DNA of 44,270 nt from Elusimicrobiota bacterium (GCA_027340875.1 DAIENX010000045.1:1-44270); one strand, 5' to 3'; shown: positions 19,244 through 28,851, numbered from the stretch's first letter. A program made the numbers and translations. Notes: a model not told the origin generated them from the sequence alone.

Positions 19244-19244
19244 C

Positions 19245-19388
19245 CTAGCGGGGTTCCTCGTCGTTCCCGGCGTAAGAATCCGGTTCGGGCTTCGGCGGGA
19301 TGGTCAGGACCTTCCAGAAGAAATATACCGTCATGACGGTTATCGTGCCCTCGGCGAGCACCATCATCAGAAGCGCGCTGCTGCTCAT
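19245..19388 (-). CDS. 47-aa single-TM protein, probable MetS-like small subunit of the NSS transporter
   Basis: Own translation MSSSALLMMVLAEGTITVMTVYFFWKVLTIPPKPEPDSYAGNDEEPR*; ATGA overlap with the transporter stop; too short for the ORF track. Confidence 0.7.
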   Translation of the reverse strand: MSSSALLMMVLAEGTITVMTVYFFWKVLTIPPKPEPDSYAGNDEEPR

Positions 19389-20887
19389 GATCTCACCTTC
19401 TTTTTGCCGGCCAGCCAGACCAGCCAGGACAGCGCCGCGAACAGCGCGGCCATCAGGCCGCGCGCCAGCGCCACCTGGGCGGTGATCTGCCTGGTCAGGT
19501 TATGCCAGACCTCTGGAAGGCTCCCGACGAAGACCACCAGCAGGAATACCGGCGTGATATAGCGGATAGTGAAGCGGAAAGCCTCGGGGACCTTCATGTC
19601 GGCCCCGTGCGTGATCTCCTTCCAGCCCTTCTCCATGCCGAACACCCAGGCGAACAGGATTATCTCCAGCAGGGAGAATATCACCAGCGCCACTGTGCCG
19701 GCCCAGTAGTCGAACTCGTTGAAAGCGTCCTGGGAAAGCACGGACGGGATGCCGAGCAGCAGCACCGCCAGGCCGAAGGCTATAGCGCCGTTGCGGCGCT
19801 GCCAGCCGAAATTGTCCTCGAGGAAGGCCATCACCGGCGTGCCCATGGCCAGCGACGAGGTTATCCCGGCGAAGAACAGCAGGCCGAACCACATGATGCC
19901 GGCCGCGGCGGAAAGGGCCGGCCCCCACTGCGTGAAGAGGTACGGCAGCGTCATGAAGCCGATGCCGAAGCCGCTGCCGCCCTTGGTCATCTCCACGACC
20001 TTGTCCACCCCGATATAGCCCACGGCTATCGGGATGATGACGGCCGAGCCCAGCACCACCTCCACGAACTCGTTCATCCAGCCGGCGCTCATCGCGTTCA
20101 GCGCTATGTCGTCCTTGTACTTCACGTAGGAGGCGTAGCAGTGTATGCTGCCCATGCCGAGCGACAGCGTGAAGAAGATCTGCCCGGCCGCGTTGCGCCA
20201 GACCACCGGGTCCCAGATGGAGCTGAAATTGGGGGTCCAGAGGTAGTTAAGGCCCACGACGCCGCTGAAGACGGCTCCGTGGTCGCCTGCGGTCAGCGTG
20301 ACGCCGCGAATGGCCAGCACTATCCCGAAGATAAGGAGCAGCGGCATGCCTATCTTGGCGGCCATCTCCACTCCGCCCTGCAGGCCGCGGGAAAGTATCC
20401 AGGTGTTCAGGGCCACGCAGGCTATCCACACCACCACCGGCTCCTTGGTGCCAAGGCCGATATAGGTGGTGAAGAAGTTCGCCACCTGGTCCTGCGACAT
20501 GCCCATGAAGTGCCCCATCGCGCTGTGGTAGGCCCAGGAGATGGTCCAAGTCTCGATATAGGTATAGTAAGAGCAGATACCGATGCTGATGAAGAGGCCG
20601 AGCACGCCCGCGTACTTCCAGAAAGGCTTTTCGTCCAGCGACGCGAAGATGAACGGCGTGCTGTGGTGGCCGAAACGGCCGGCATGGCGGCCCATGGCCC
20701 ATTCCACGTACAGCAGCGGCAGGCCCATCAGCACGAAGCAGACCAGGTAGGGTATTATGAACGCCCCCCCGCCGTTCTGCACCGCCTGCGCCGGAAAGCG
20801 GAGGAAATTGCCCAGCCCGACGGCATTGCCGGCCATGGCCAGCACCAGCCCGACCCGGGAGCCCCACGCTTCTTTCTCTTTTGTCAT
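19385..20887 (-). CDS. Sodium-dependent amino-acid transporter, NSS/SNF family (LeuT-like)
   Basis: W.SRVGLVLAMAGNAVGLGNFLRFP.QA..NGGGAF.IPY, AAGQIFFTLSLG.G, FFAGITSSLA; ~12 TM helices. Confidence 0.95.
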   Translation of the reverse strand: MTKEKEAWGSRVGLVLAMAGNAVGLGNFLRFPAQAVQNGGGAFIIPYLVCFVLMGLPLLYVEWAMGRHAGRFGHHSTPFIFASLDEKPFWKYAGVLGLFISIGICSYYTYIETWTISWAYHSAMGHFMGMSQDQVANFFTTYIGLGTKEPVVVWIACVALNTWILSRGLQGGVEMAAKIGMPLLLIFGIVLAIRGVTLTAGDHGAVFSGVVGLNYLWTPNFSSIWDPVVWRNAAGQIFFTLSLGMGSIHCYASYVKYKDDIALNAMSAGWMNEFVEVVLGSAVIIPIAVGYIGVDKVVEMTKGGSGFGIGFMTLPYLFTQWGPALSAAAGIMWFGLLFFAGITSSLAMGTPVMAFLEDNFGWQRRNGAIAFGLAVLLLGIPSVLSQDAFNEFDYWAGTVALVIFSLLEIILFAWVFGMEKGWKEITHGADMKVPEAFRFTIRYITPVFLLVVFVGSLPEVWHNLTRQITAQVALARGLMAALFAALSWLVWLAGKKKVRS

Positions 20888-20955
20888 CTTTCAAACCCCT
20901 GTAGTGGACTTCCTCCTGCCCCGGAGGATTTGCGATATAATACAAAAATACTAGT

Positions 20956-20993
20956 AAAAAAAGAACGGCCGCGGCCTAAGGGCCGCGGCCGTT
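20956..20993 (-). terminator. Rho-independent terminator after the P-loop protein gene
   Basis: 13-bp stem aacggccgcggcc/ggccgcggccgtt followed by a T-run on the minus strand. Confidence 0.8.
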
Positions 20994-21009
20994 ATACGTC
21001 GCCGGCAGC

Positions 21010-21993
21010 TTACTTGCGGGCGGCGGTGAGCAGCGAATACAGCTTGTCCGTGGCGCCGCGGATGCCGGCCGTCACGTCAGCCACCATCTTCGGGTCCCAG
21101 TCCTTCTTGTCGACGCGCAGGAAGCTGGTCTTGTCGACTCGGTTGTCGAACCGGCCTATAGGAAGATGGTACTTCCGGCCGCCGTTGACCACCGTGATGG
21201 TGCCGGGGAGTTCGGTGTTCTTCTCCAGATAGTCCATATCGTCGCAGCCGTAGTCGTTCAGCATGACCTCCATCGGCACGCCGTGGTGCAGGATGGAGCC
21301 CGGGTCGTTCGGGTCGGTGCGGGCGGTATTCTTCCGGCGGCTCTCCTCAGGGGTCACCCAGACGTACAGTATCACCGCCTTCTTAAGTATCTCCGGGTCC
21401 AGCTCGCGCAGCGAGTACTGGTAGCCGAGCGGGTCCTGCAGCGGGAACGCGGACTTGTCCGGGCCGCCGCGGGCGGCCTCTATAACTATGGTCCTGCCCT
21501 CGAAGGAATCGGGGTAGGCCGCATGCTTCTCGTCGAGCATCGCGCGGGCCTCTTTCTCCAGCGCGGCCGAGACCTTCTTCCAGGTATCCGCGTCCAGCTT
21601 GGCCAGGCGCGGGGTCACCTTGGCCTTCTCGCCGGCCTTGTCTATGCGCTTCATCAGCAGGTCGGCTGCGCTGGCCGCCTTAACCACGTTCTTCTTCATC
21701 AGGTCGTGGTAGTCCTCGTTGAGCAGGTGGATCAGGGTCCCCCAGTCGCGGGTGTCCTGGAACGGCCTGTCGCCGGCCTTGAAGAAGATCCTGCCCTTGC
21801 CGAGCCTGGCCAGCTCGTCGTCCGCGCGGCGCATCATGTGGACGTAGGGGAAGTCGTCCAGCTGCAGATTGGGGCCTATGTGGAATTCCTTCCTGAGGCG
21901 CTCCGGCTCTATGTTGGCCAGAAACCGCCTGACCTCGGACTTGCCGGAAGCCGGCAGCGCGAGCAGCAGCACTATATCGAAAGTTTCGCTCAT
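21010..21993 (-). CDS. Hypothetical P-loop (NMP-kinase-fold) protein
   Basis: GGAGGGAG RBS before ATG 21993; N-terminal IVLLLALPASGKS, 'TIVIEAARG', 'ILYVWVTPEESRRKN..R'. Confidence 0.65.
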   Translation of the reverse strand: MSETFDIVLLLALPASGKSEVRRFLANIEPERLRKEFHIGPNLQLDDFPYVHMMRRADDELARLGKGRIFFKAGDRPFQDTRDWGTLIHLLNEDYHDLMKKNVVKAASAADLLMKRIDKAGEKAKVTPRLAKLDADTWKKVSAALEKEARAMLDEKHAAYPDSFEGRTIVIEAARGGPDKSAFPLQDPLGYQYSLRELDPEILKKAVILYVWVTPEESRRKNTARTDPNDPGSILHHGVPMEVMLNDYGCDDMDYLEKNTELPGTITVVNGGRKYHLPIGRFDNRVDKTSFLRVDKKDWDPKMVADVTAGIRGATDKLYSLLTAARK

Positions 21994-22094
21994 GTCTCCC
22001 TCCTGGGCTGTCATTGCCTAGATTCTAACAATCTCGGCAGGCGGGTTCAAGGACAAGGAACAATCCCGGCGGCGATATTATATAATTAGCCTGC

Positions 22095-23018
22095 ATGGCA
22101 CCGTTAACGATAATGTGGATGGTCTTCGCCGTGACCGCCGCGGCGCTTTTCGCGGCCGACATCCGGCTGTCGGCCGGACGGGCGCACGAGATAACCCGCA
22201 AGGAAGCGCTGCTGCTCTGCGCGTTCTGGGTGCTGGTCGCGTCGCTTTTCGGCTTCCTGACCGGGCACATGCTGGGCTTCACGAAGATGGTGGAGTTCTT
22301 CACCGGCTATGTCATCGAGTATTCCCTCTCGATGGACAACATGTTCGTCTTCATCCTGATCTTCACCTACTTCGGCATCCCGCGGAAATATCAGCCCAAG
22401 ATACTGACCTGGGGCATACTCGGGGCCGTGCTGATGCGCCTGGTCCTCATCTTCACCGGGGTGAAGCTGATAAACACCTTCAACTGGATCATCTACGTCT
22501 TCGGGGCCATCCTCATCTTCACGGCCGTCAAGATGCTGCTGCAGAAGGAGGGCGAGATGGACCCGGGCAGGAACCCCGTGCTGCGCCTGCTCTCGAAAGT
22601 GGTGCCGGTCGAGAAGGACATAGCGGACGGAAGCTTCTTCGTCAAGCGCGGCCGGTGGTACGCCACGGCTATGTTCGCCACCCTAGTGGTGGTCGAGACC
22701 TCGGACCTGATCTTCGCCGTGGACTCGATACCCGCCGTGCTGGCGGTCTCGCGCGACAAGTTCATAGTCTACACCTCCAACGTCTTCGCGGTAGTAGGTC
22801 TGCGCTCGCTGTACTTCCTGCTCTCCTCGGTGATGGACCTTTTCCGCTACCTGAAGGTCGGCATCTCCGTCATTCTTTTCTATGTCGGGGCCAAGATGCT
22901 GGCCTCCGCCTACGTCCATATACCGGCCCTTCTCTCTCTCGGGGTAGTCATCGGGATACTGGCGGCCTCCATCTTCCTCTCGGTGGCCATTAAGCCGCGT
23001 CCGCAGGACGCCTCCTGA
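22095..23018 (+). CDS. TerC/Alx family membrane protein
   Basis: FFTGYVIEYSLSMDNMFVF, ETSDLIFAVDSIPAVLAV, YTSNVFAVVGLRSLYF. Confidence 0.93.
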   Translation: MAPLTIMWMVFAVTAAALFAADIRLSAGRAHEITRKEALLLCAFWVLVASLFGFLTGHMLGFTKMVEFFTGYVIEYSLSMDNMFVFILIFTYFGIPRKYQPKILTWGILGAVLMRLVLIFTGVKLINTFNWIIYVFGAILIFTAVKMLLQKEGEMDPGRNPVLRLLSKVVPVEKDIADGSFFVKRGRWYATAMFATLVVVETSDLIFAVDSIPAVLAVSRDKFIVYTSNVFAVVGLRSLYFLLSSVMDLFRYLKVGISVILFYVGAKMLASAYVHIPALLSLGVVIGILAASIFLSVAIKPRPQDAS

Positions 23019-23085
23019 CCCTACGCCCCGGTCCCCGGGGCTTTTATTCCCGCGCGGTAACTCCTATAATCCCCTTGGGGGGTGT

Positions 23086-25719
23086 ATGCCGGCGCAGGTC
23101 GATAAGCACGACTGGTATCAGCTGGATATCTCCGGGCTCCTGAAAGGGCTCGGCACTACGGCTTCCGGACTTGCGGAAGGCGAAGCCGCCGCGCGCCTGG
23201 CCGAATACGGCCCCAATTCCCTCAAAGAAAAGCCGAAGCGCTCCGCGCTGGCGATGTTCCTCTCCCAGTTCGGGGACTTCATGATACTGGTCCTGATAGC
23301 GGCGGCCCTCGTGTCGGGGCTCATCGGCGAGCTTCTGGACAGCGCCATAATACTGGCGATAGTCCTGCTGAACGCCGCGATGGGATTCGCGCAGGAATAC
23401 CGCGCGCAGAAGGCGATGGAAGCCCTGAAGAAGATGGCCGCCCCCGCGGCCGTAGTAGTCAGGGACGGGATCCCGGCCGCCGTCCCGGCCTCCGGACTTG
23501 TTCCCGGGGACCTGGTGCTGCTGGAGGCCGGCAGCGTGGTCCCCGCCGACCTGCGCATCACCGAATGCGCCGCGCTGAAGACGGACGAGGCGGCGCTGAC
23601 CGGCGAGTCCGTCCCGGTCGAGAAGACCTCTTCGGCCCTGCCCGGGACCGGCCTGCCGCTCGGGGACAGGCGTAACATGGCCTACAGCGGCACGTCCGTC
23701 ACCTACGGAAGGGCCAGGGGCCTCGTCACCGCCACCGGCATGCGCACCGAGCTGGGACGCATAGCGGGACTGCTGCAGGACGAGGAGGAGGTGCAGACCC
23801 CCCTTCAGCGGCGGATGGCGGCTTTCGGCCGCAAGCTGGCATGGATCATATTGGGGATCTGCGCGGTGGTATTCCTGGCCGGCCTGCTGCGCGGGGAAGA
23901 CCCGGCCCTGATGTTCCTTACGGCGGTATCCCTGGCGGTGGCCGCCATACCCGAAGCCCTCCCGGCGGTCATGAGCATCGCGCTGGCGCTGGGCGCAGCC
24001 AGGATGGTGCGCCAGCAGGCCCTGATACGCCGCCTGCCCGCCGTAGAGACCCTGGGCTCCATTACGTATATCTGTTCGGACAAGACCGGGACGCTTACGC
24101 AGAACCGGATGCAGGCGGCCCAGGTGTTCATCGGCGGCAAGCTGCTCGACGCGGACGGGCCGGTCCCGCCGGAGCTGCAAAGCCACTGGGCCAGCCTGCT
24201 TACAGCGGCCGCGCTGAACAACGACTCCCGGCGCGGACCCGGCGGCTGGAGCGGGGACCCGACCGAAACGGCCCTTTGCGCGCTGGCCGAGAGGGGCGGG
24301 CCGGGCAAGCTGGAACTGGACGCCCGCTATCCCCGCACCGCGGAACTCCCCTTCGATTCCGAGCGCAAAGCGATGACCACTTTCCACGCGGGCTCACTCT
24401 CCGGGGAGGGGAGGTTCTTCTCCGTCACGAAGGGCGCCGCGGAGAACCTGCTGGAGTCCTCCGTCCGCGGGCCGGGAATGGACGGCGGAAACGAGGCGGC
24501 GCGGCGGGCCGCGGAAGGCATGGCCGCGAGGGGCCTGCGGGTGCTGGGCTTCGCGTCCAGGGAGTGGGACTCGGTCCCGGCCTCCCCCACCCCCGAGACG
24601 GCGGAGCACGCGCTCACCTTCATCGGGCTCGTCGGGCTCGAGGACCCTCCGCGCGAGGAGGCGAAGGCGGCGGTGGCCGAATGCGCCGCGGCGGGCATAG
24701 TCCCCGTCATGATAACCGGGGACCACCCGGTAACCGCCATCAGCATCGCCGCCAGGCTCGGCATAGCGGAGCCGGGCGGGACCTCCATGCTGACCGGCAG
24801 GGAACTCGAGGGCATGTCCGAGGCGGAGCTGATGGACAGGGTGGAGACCACGCGCGTCTACGCCCGCGTCGCTCCGGAACAGAAACTGCGCATCCTGAAG
24901 GCGCTCCAGCGCAAAGGGCAGTTCGCGGCAATGACGGGCGACGGCGTGAACGACGCCCCCGCCCTCAAGCGCGCCGACATAGGCGTGGCCATGGGGATCA
25001 CCGGCACCGACGTCTCGAAGGAAGCCGCCCATATGATACTGCTCGACGACAACTTCGCCACCATAGTGCGCGCGGTGCGCGAAGGGCGCCGCATCTACGA
25101 GAATATCCGGAGGTTCATCCGCTACATCCTCACCTGCAACTCGGCCGAGATCTGGACCATATCCCTGGCCCCGTTCCTGGGGATGCCTATACCGCTGCTG
25201 CCGATACAGATACTCTGGATAAACCTGGTCACGGACGGCCTTCCCGGCCTGGCGATGACCTCGGAGCCGGCCGAGGCCGACGTGATGCGCCGCCCCCCGC
25301 GCCCGCCAGGGGAAAGCCTGTTCTCCGGCGGCATGGGGACTCAGATCATCTGGGCAGGGCTGCTGATGGGCGCGGTCTGCCTGGGGACGCAGTACTGGGG
25401 GCTGGCCACCGGCAGGGAGCACTGGCGCACCATGGTCTTCACCGTCCTCTGTCTGAGCCAGCTCGGCCAGGCGCTGGCTATAAGGTCCGAAAAGCGCACG
25501 CTGTGGGAGCTGGGGCTGCTCACGAACGGGCCGCTGCTGGGCTCCGTGGCGCTCACCGTGGCGCTGCAGCTGGCCGTCATATACTTCCCGCCGTGCAACA
25601 GACTGTTCACTACGGCGCCCCTGACCCTCAAAGAGCTGGCGCTGACGCTCGCGCTTTCATCCGCGGTCTACTGCGCGCTGGAAGCGGAAAAGCTCCTGGG
25701 CAGGCTCGCCCGGAAATGA
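23086..25719 (+). CDS. P-type ATPase, P2A (Ca2+/Mn2+-transporting, PacL/SERCA-like)
   Basis: TGES, IPEAL, DKTGTLT, KGA, DPPR, MITGD, GDGVNDAPAL, M5 NSAEI, M6 LWINLVTDGLP. Confidence 0.93.
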   Translation: MPAQVDKHDWYQLDISGLLKGLGTTASGLAEGEAAARLAEYGPNSLKEKPKRSALAMFLSQFGDFMILVLIAAALVSGLIGELLDSAIILAIVLLNAAMGFAQEYRAQKAMEALKKMAAPAAVVVRDGIPAAVPASGLVPGDLVLLEAGSVVPADLRITECAALKTDEAALTGESVPVEKTSSALPGTGLPLGDRRNMAYSGTSVTYGRARGLVTATGMRTELGRIAGLLQDEEEVQTPLQRRMAAFGRKLAWIILGICAVVFLAGLLRGEDPALMFLTAVSLAVAAIPEALPAVMSIALALGAARMVRQQALIRRLPAVETLGSITYICSDKTGTLTQNRMQAAQVFIGGKLLDADGPVPPELQSHWASLLTAAALNNDSRRGPGGWSGDPTETALCALAERGGPGKLELDARYPRTAELPFDSERKAMTTFHAGSLSGEGRFFSVTKGAAENLLESSVRGPGMDGGNEAARRAAEGMAARGLRVLGFASREWDSVPASPTPETAEHALTFIGLVGLEDPPREEAKAAVAECAAAGIVPVMITGDHPVTAISIAARLGIAEPGGTSMLTGRELEGMSEAELMDRVETTRVYARVAPEQKLRILKALQRKGQFAAMTGDGVNDAPALKRADIGVAMGITGTDVSKEAAHMILLDDNFATIVRAVREGRRIYENIRRFIRYILTCNSAEIWTISLAPFLGMPIPLLPIQILWINLVTDGLPGLAMTSEPAEADVMRRPPRPPGESLFSGGMGTQIIWAGLLMGAVCLGTQYWGLATGREHWRTMVFTVLCLSQLGQALAIRSEKRTLWELGLLTNGPLLGSVALTVALQLAVIYFPPCNRLFTTAPLTLKELALTLALSSAVYCALEAEKLLGRLARK

Positions 25720-25747
25720 AAGGGCCCCGACTGTCCGGGGCCCTTTC
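25718..25747. terminator. Hairpin/bidirectional terminator between convergent genes
   Basis: gaaagggccccg...cggggccctttc inverted repeat between the P-type ATPase and FKBP stops. Confidence 0.7.
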
Positions 25748-25763
25748 CTGTCCTGAAGCGGGA

Positions 25764-26516
25764 TCAGTTCTTCTTGTCGGCTTTCTTGGCCTCTTTCTTC
25801 TCCGCCTTCTTCTCCGTTCTCTTCTCGGGAGCTGGCGAGGAGAGGGCGGCCATCGGGTTCTCCTTCAGGATGTCCAGCAGCTCCACGTCGAACACCAGCG
25901 TGGCGCCTCCGGGTATAGTGCCGCCGGCGCCCTGGTCGCCGTAGGCGGTGTCGGACGGGCAGACCAGCTTGGCCTTGCCGCCCACCTTGATCTTCTGGAC
26001 GCCCTCGGTCCAGCACGGGATGACTCCGGAGAGCGGGAACTCGGCCGGCGTGCCCCTCTCAACGGAGGAGTCGAAGACCTTGCCGTCGGGGAACGTGCCG
26101 TGGTAATGGACCTTGACCATGTCGTCGGCCTTGGGATAGGCGCCGGTGCCTTCCTTCACGGGGATTATTATCACTCCGGACGGCAGCTTCTGGGCGCCCT
26201 TTTCCTTCGCCATCTTCTCCAGGAAGGGCTTGGCCTCTTCCTTCTTGCGGGCGGTGATGGCCTCCTGCTTCTTGGCCAGGAAGGCGTTCAGCTTTACGCC
26301 GTAGCTGGAGTCCATCTTTTCCTTGCCGCCGCCCAGGGAATCGGTGAAGCCCTGGACTATATATTTTGACTCCTCCGGGGTGAACTCGAACTGCGTGAGC
26401 TTGGAGCTGACCGCCTGGCCCAGGAAATAAAGCGTCTTCTGGTCCTCGGTCATGTCCGCGGCCATGGCGGAAGCCGCTATAAAGCAGGCTGTAACTGCGA
26501 GCAAAGTCTTCTTCAT
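25764..26516 (-). CDS. FKBP-type peptidyl-prolyl cis-trans isomerase (FkpA/Mip-like, exported)
   Basis: Signal peptide, FKBP_N helix, VKVHYHGTFPDGKVFDSS, VIPCWTEG, AYG...IPGGATLVFDVELL; AGGAGG RBS. Confidence 0.93.
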   Translation of the reverse strand: MKKTLLAVTACFIAASAMAADMTEDQKTLYFLGQAVSSKLTQFEFTPEESKYIVQGFTDSLGGGKEKMDSSYGVKLNAFLAKKQEAITARKKEEAKPFLEKMAKEKGAQKLPSGVIIIPVKEGTGAYPKADDMVKVHYHGTFPDGKVFDSSVERGTPAEFPLSGVIPCWTEGVQKIKVGGKAKLVCPSDTAYGDQGAGGTIPGGATLVFDVELLDILKENPMAALSSPAPEKRTEKKAEKKEAKKADKKN

Positions 26517-26580
26517 TTTGTAGTGTCCTCCTGAGAACTGTCTCTATATAATACAATTTTAGGCGCCGAACGGTTGCATG

Positions 26581-26600
26581 CCGCCCGCCCGGGCGGGCGG
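26581..26600. terminator. GC palindrome just downstream of the ATPase-REC gene (possible terminator)
   Basis: Perfect 20-bp palindrome ccgcccgccc|gggcgggcgg, 6 nt past the stop; no T-run. Confidence 0.4.
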
Positions 26601-26606
26601 ACCCGC

Positions 26607-28796
26607 TCAGCCGAGTCGTCCCGCGCGTCGCAGGGCGGCCGTGATCCTGGCCATCACCAGCGGGCCCTTGAACGGCTTTACCACGTAGTCGTCAGCGCCC
26701 AGCTCGAAGGCCAGCTCCTGGCTCTTGTCGGCGCTCTCCGTGGTCAGCATGATGACAGGCAGGTCCAGCAGCCCCAGCGTCTCGCGCACCCCTTTGACGA
26801 GATCGAAGCCGTTCATCTTCGGCATGTTGACGTCCGATACAAGCAGGTCGGGGGCCGGACCCTCCGCGATCTTGGTAAGCGCGTCCTCTCCGTCCACCGC
26901 CTCCACGGCCTCATAGCCAGAGTTCTCGATGAACTTCTTCAGCAGCATCCGCATTATCTGGTCGTCGTCGGCCACCATGATGCGCGGCTTGCCCTGCTGC
27001 GAGCTCCTCCTCGCCGGGGCGGACGCTGGCGCCGCGGCCTGCACCGGCATCGCGGCCGGCTGGGAGTCCTGCAGGAGCGACGGCGCCGCTGGCTTGGCCA
27101 GCTTCAGATAGGGCTCTATCTCGGGAAGGTCGGTATCGCCCTGGGCAAGGTGCCACAGCGCGTCCTTCGTCATGGTCCGCAGGGCCCCGGACGCCACCGC
27201 GGTCTTCGTTATCTCCTCCGCCGTGGCGCCGTAGTTGATGAGCTCCTTCACCTTGGCGTCGGCCATCAGCAGTTCCACGATGGAAGTGCGCCCCGAGTAG
27301 CCGGTCTTCTCGCAGGCCTGACAGCCTTTGGCGCGGTAATAGGCCTTCCGGAAACCGTACTCGCCGAGAACCTGGAGTATAACCTTGTCGGCCTCTCCCT
27401 CCGCCACCTGCTCGCGGCACTTGGGGCAGAGGCGGCGGACCAGGCGCTGGGCGGTGACCGCCAGGAGGCCGGGAGAGATCTTGAACCGGTCCACCCCCAT
27501 GTCCACGAGGCGGGCCAGCGTCGAAACCGTGTCGTTGGTATGAAGAGTGGAGAGCACCAGATGGCCGGTCATCGCGGCCTGCAGGGCTATGTCCGCCGTC
27601 TCGTGGTCGCGGATCTCCCCGAGCATTATGATATCCGGGTCCTGGCGCAGCACCGAGCGCAGCACCGAGGCGAAGGTGAGCCCCTGCTTTTCGTTCACCT
27701 GCACCTGGTTGATGCCGGGCAGCTTGTACTCTATAGGGTCCTCGGCGGTGACGACGTTATTGGACTCGTTCTTCACCTTGTTCAGGATGGAATAGAGCGT
27801 GGTGGTCTTGCCGGAGCCGGTGGGCCCGGTGATCAATAGGACCCCCTGCGTCTGGGTCATGCACTTGTCCAGTTCCGCGGCCACTTCCGGCGCGAAGCCG
27901 AGCTTCTCGAACGGGACCTCCGCGGCGCGCTGGTCCAGTATGCGCATGACCACCTTCTCGCCGTACGACGTGGGCAGGGTGGAGACGCGCAGGCCCACCT
28001 CGGCCGCGCCTATGCGGATCTTCGTGCGGCCGTCCTGGGGGCGCATGTGGTTGGAGACGTCCAGGTCGGACATTATCTTGATCCTGGAGACTATCGGGCC
28101 GGCGGCTATGGGACGCGGCAGCTTGAGTATGTTCCTAAGGTCACCGTCTATACGGATGCGGACATGGCTGTTCTGCTCTTCGTGCTCTATATGGATGTCC
28201 GAGGAACGCTTGCGGTAGGCCTGCGAGATGATGGAATTGACCAGCTGTATCACCGGCGAGGAGATGGAAGAGTCCTCCTGCACGGCCTGGGCCCGCTCGC
28301 CCAGCACCATGATGTCGTCGGGGGTCTCCACCTTGCTGAGCAGATCGAAGACTACGGCGTCGGCGCTGTAAAGGCGGTCGAGGCAGGCCTCTATCTCGCG
28401 GGGCAGGCCGAAGAACGGGATCACCCGGCGGCCGGTGATGGCCTCGACGTCCGACTGGGCGTTGAAGTCGGACGGGTTCATCATCACGGCCTGGATCTCG
28501 CTCTCCTCCAACCGCAGCGGGACCAGCAGGTACTTCCGGCAGATCTTTTCCGGGACCAGCGACAGCGTGAACTTGTCTATCGCGGCCGAGGCCAGCGGAA
28601 CGTGCCTGGCCTTGAAAGCGGCTTCCGAAGCGCGGATAACCAGCTCAGGCGCAAGCACGCCGCCCTCTATCAGGGCCTGCGAACAGAACCTCTTTTTTTC
28701 TACGCGCGCCCTGGCCAGGGCTTCCGGCACGGCCCCGGAGAGGGGCGACAAGACCCGCAGCATGTGCTCATCCCTAAAAACCCAATCGTTCCCCAT
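26607..28796 (-). CDS. GspE/PilB-family ATPase with C-terminal response-regulator receiver domain
   Basis: SDIHIE, RPQDGR, GPTGSGKTT, EDPIE, LRQDPDIIMLGEIRD, TGHLVLSTLHTN, CPKC...CQAC; C-terminal REC (VADDD, LVSDVNMP, MLTT, KPF). Confidence 0.92.
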   Translation of the reverse strand: MGNDWVFRDEHMLRVLSPLSGAVPEALARARVEKKRFCSQALIEGGVLAPELVIRASEAAFKARHVPLASAAIDKFTLSLVPEKICRKYLLVPLRLEESEIQAVMMNPSDFNAQSDVEAITGRRVIPFFGLPREIEACLDRLYSADAVVFDLLSKVETPDDIMVLGERAQAVQEDSSISSPVIQLVNSIISQAYRKRSSDIHIEHEEQNSHVRIRIDGDLRNILKLPRPIAAGPIVSRIKIMSDLDVSNHMRPQDGRTKIRIGAAEVGLRVSTLPTSYGEKVVMRILDQRAAEVPFEKLGFAPEVAAELDKCMTQTQGVLLITGPTGSGKTTTLYSILNKVKNESNNVVTAEDPIEYKLPGINQVQVNEKQGLTFASVLRSVLRQDPDIIMLGEIRDHETADIALQAAMTGHLVLSTLHTNDTVSTLARLVDMGVDRFKISPGLLAVTAQRLVRRLCPKCREQVAEGEADKVILQVLGEYGFRKAYYRAKGCQACEKTGYSGRTSIVELLMADAKVKELINYGATAEEITKTAVASGALRTMTKDALWHLAQGDTDLPEIEPYLKLAKPAAPSLLQDSQPAAMPVQAAAPASAPARRSSQQGKPRIMVADDDQIMRMLLKKFIENSGYEAVEAVDGEDALTKIAEGPAPDLLVSDVNMPKMNGFDLVKGVRETLGLLDLPVIMLTTESADKSQELAFELGADDYVVKPFKGPLVMARITAALRRAGRLG

Positions 28797-28851
28797 AGCC
28801 TGTATTCTATTATATTTTTGCCGCGGTTAAGCCGAGAGGACCGGTCCGGGA

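Noticed and set aside
21994..22094. Possible yybP-ykoY riboswitch upstream of terC
   Set aside because: Only ~100 bp shared with a divergent gene, a TATAAT lies 8 nt from the ATG, and no riboswitch-like structure is evident.
23841..26369. 842-aa Arg/Gly-rich alternative-frame ORF (and similar overlapping ORFs throughout)
   Set aside because: Off-frame to the P-type ATPase and antisense to the FKBP gene; low-complexity composition typical of high-GC shadow ORFs.
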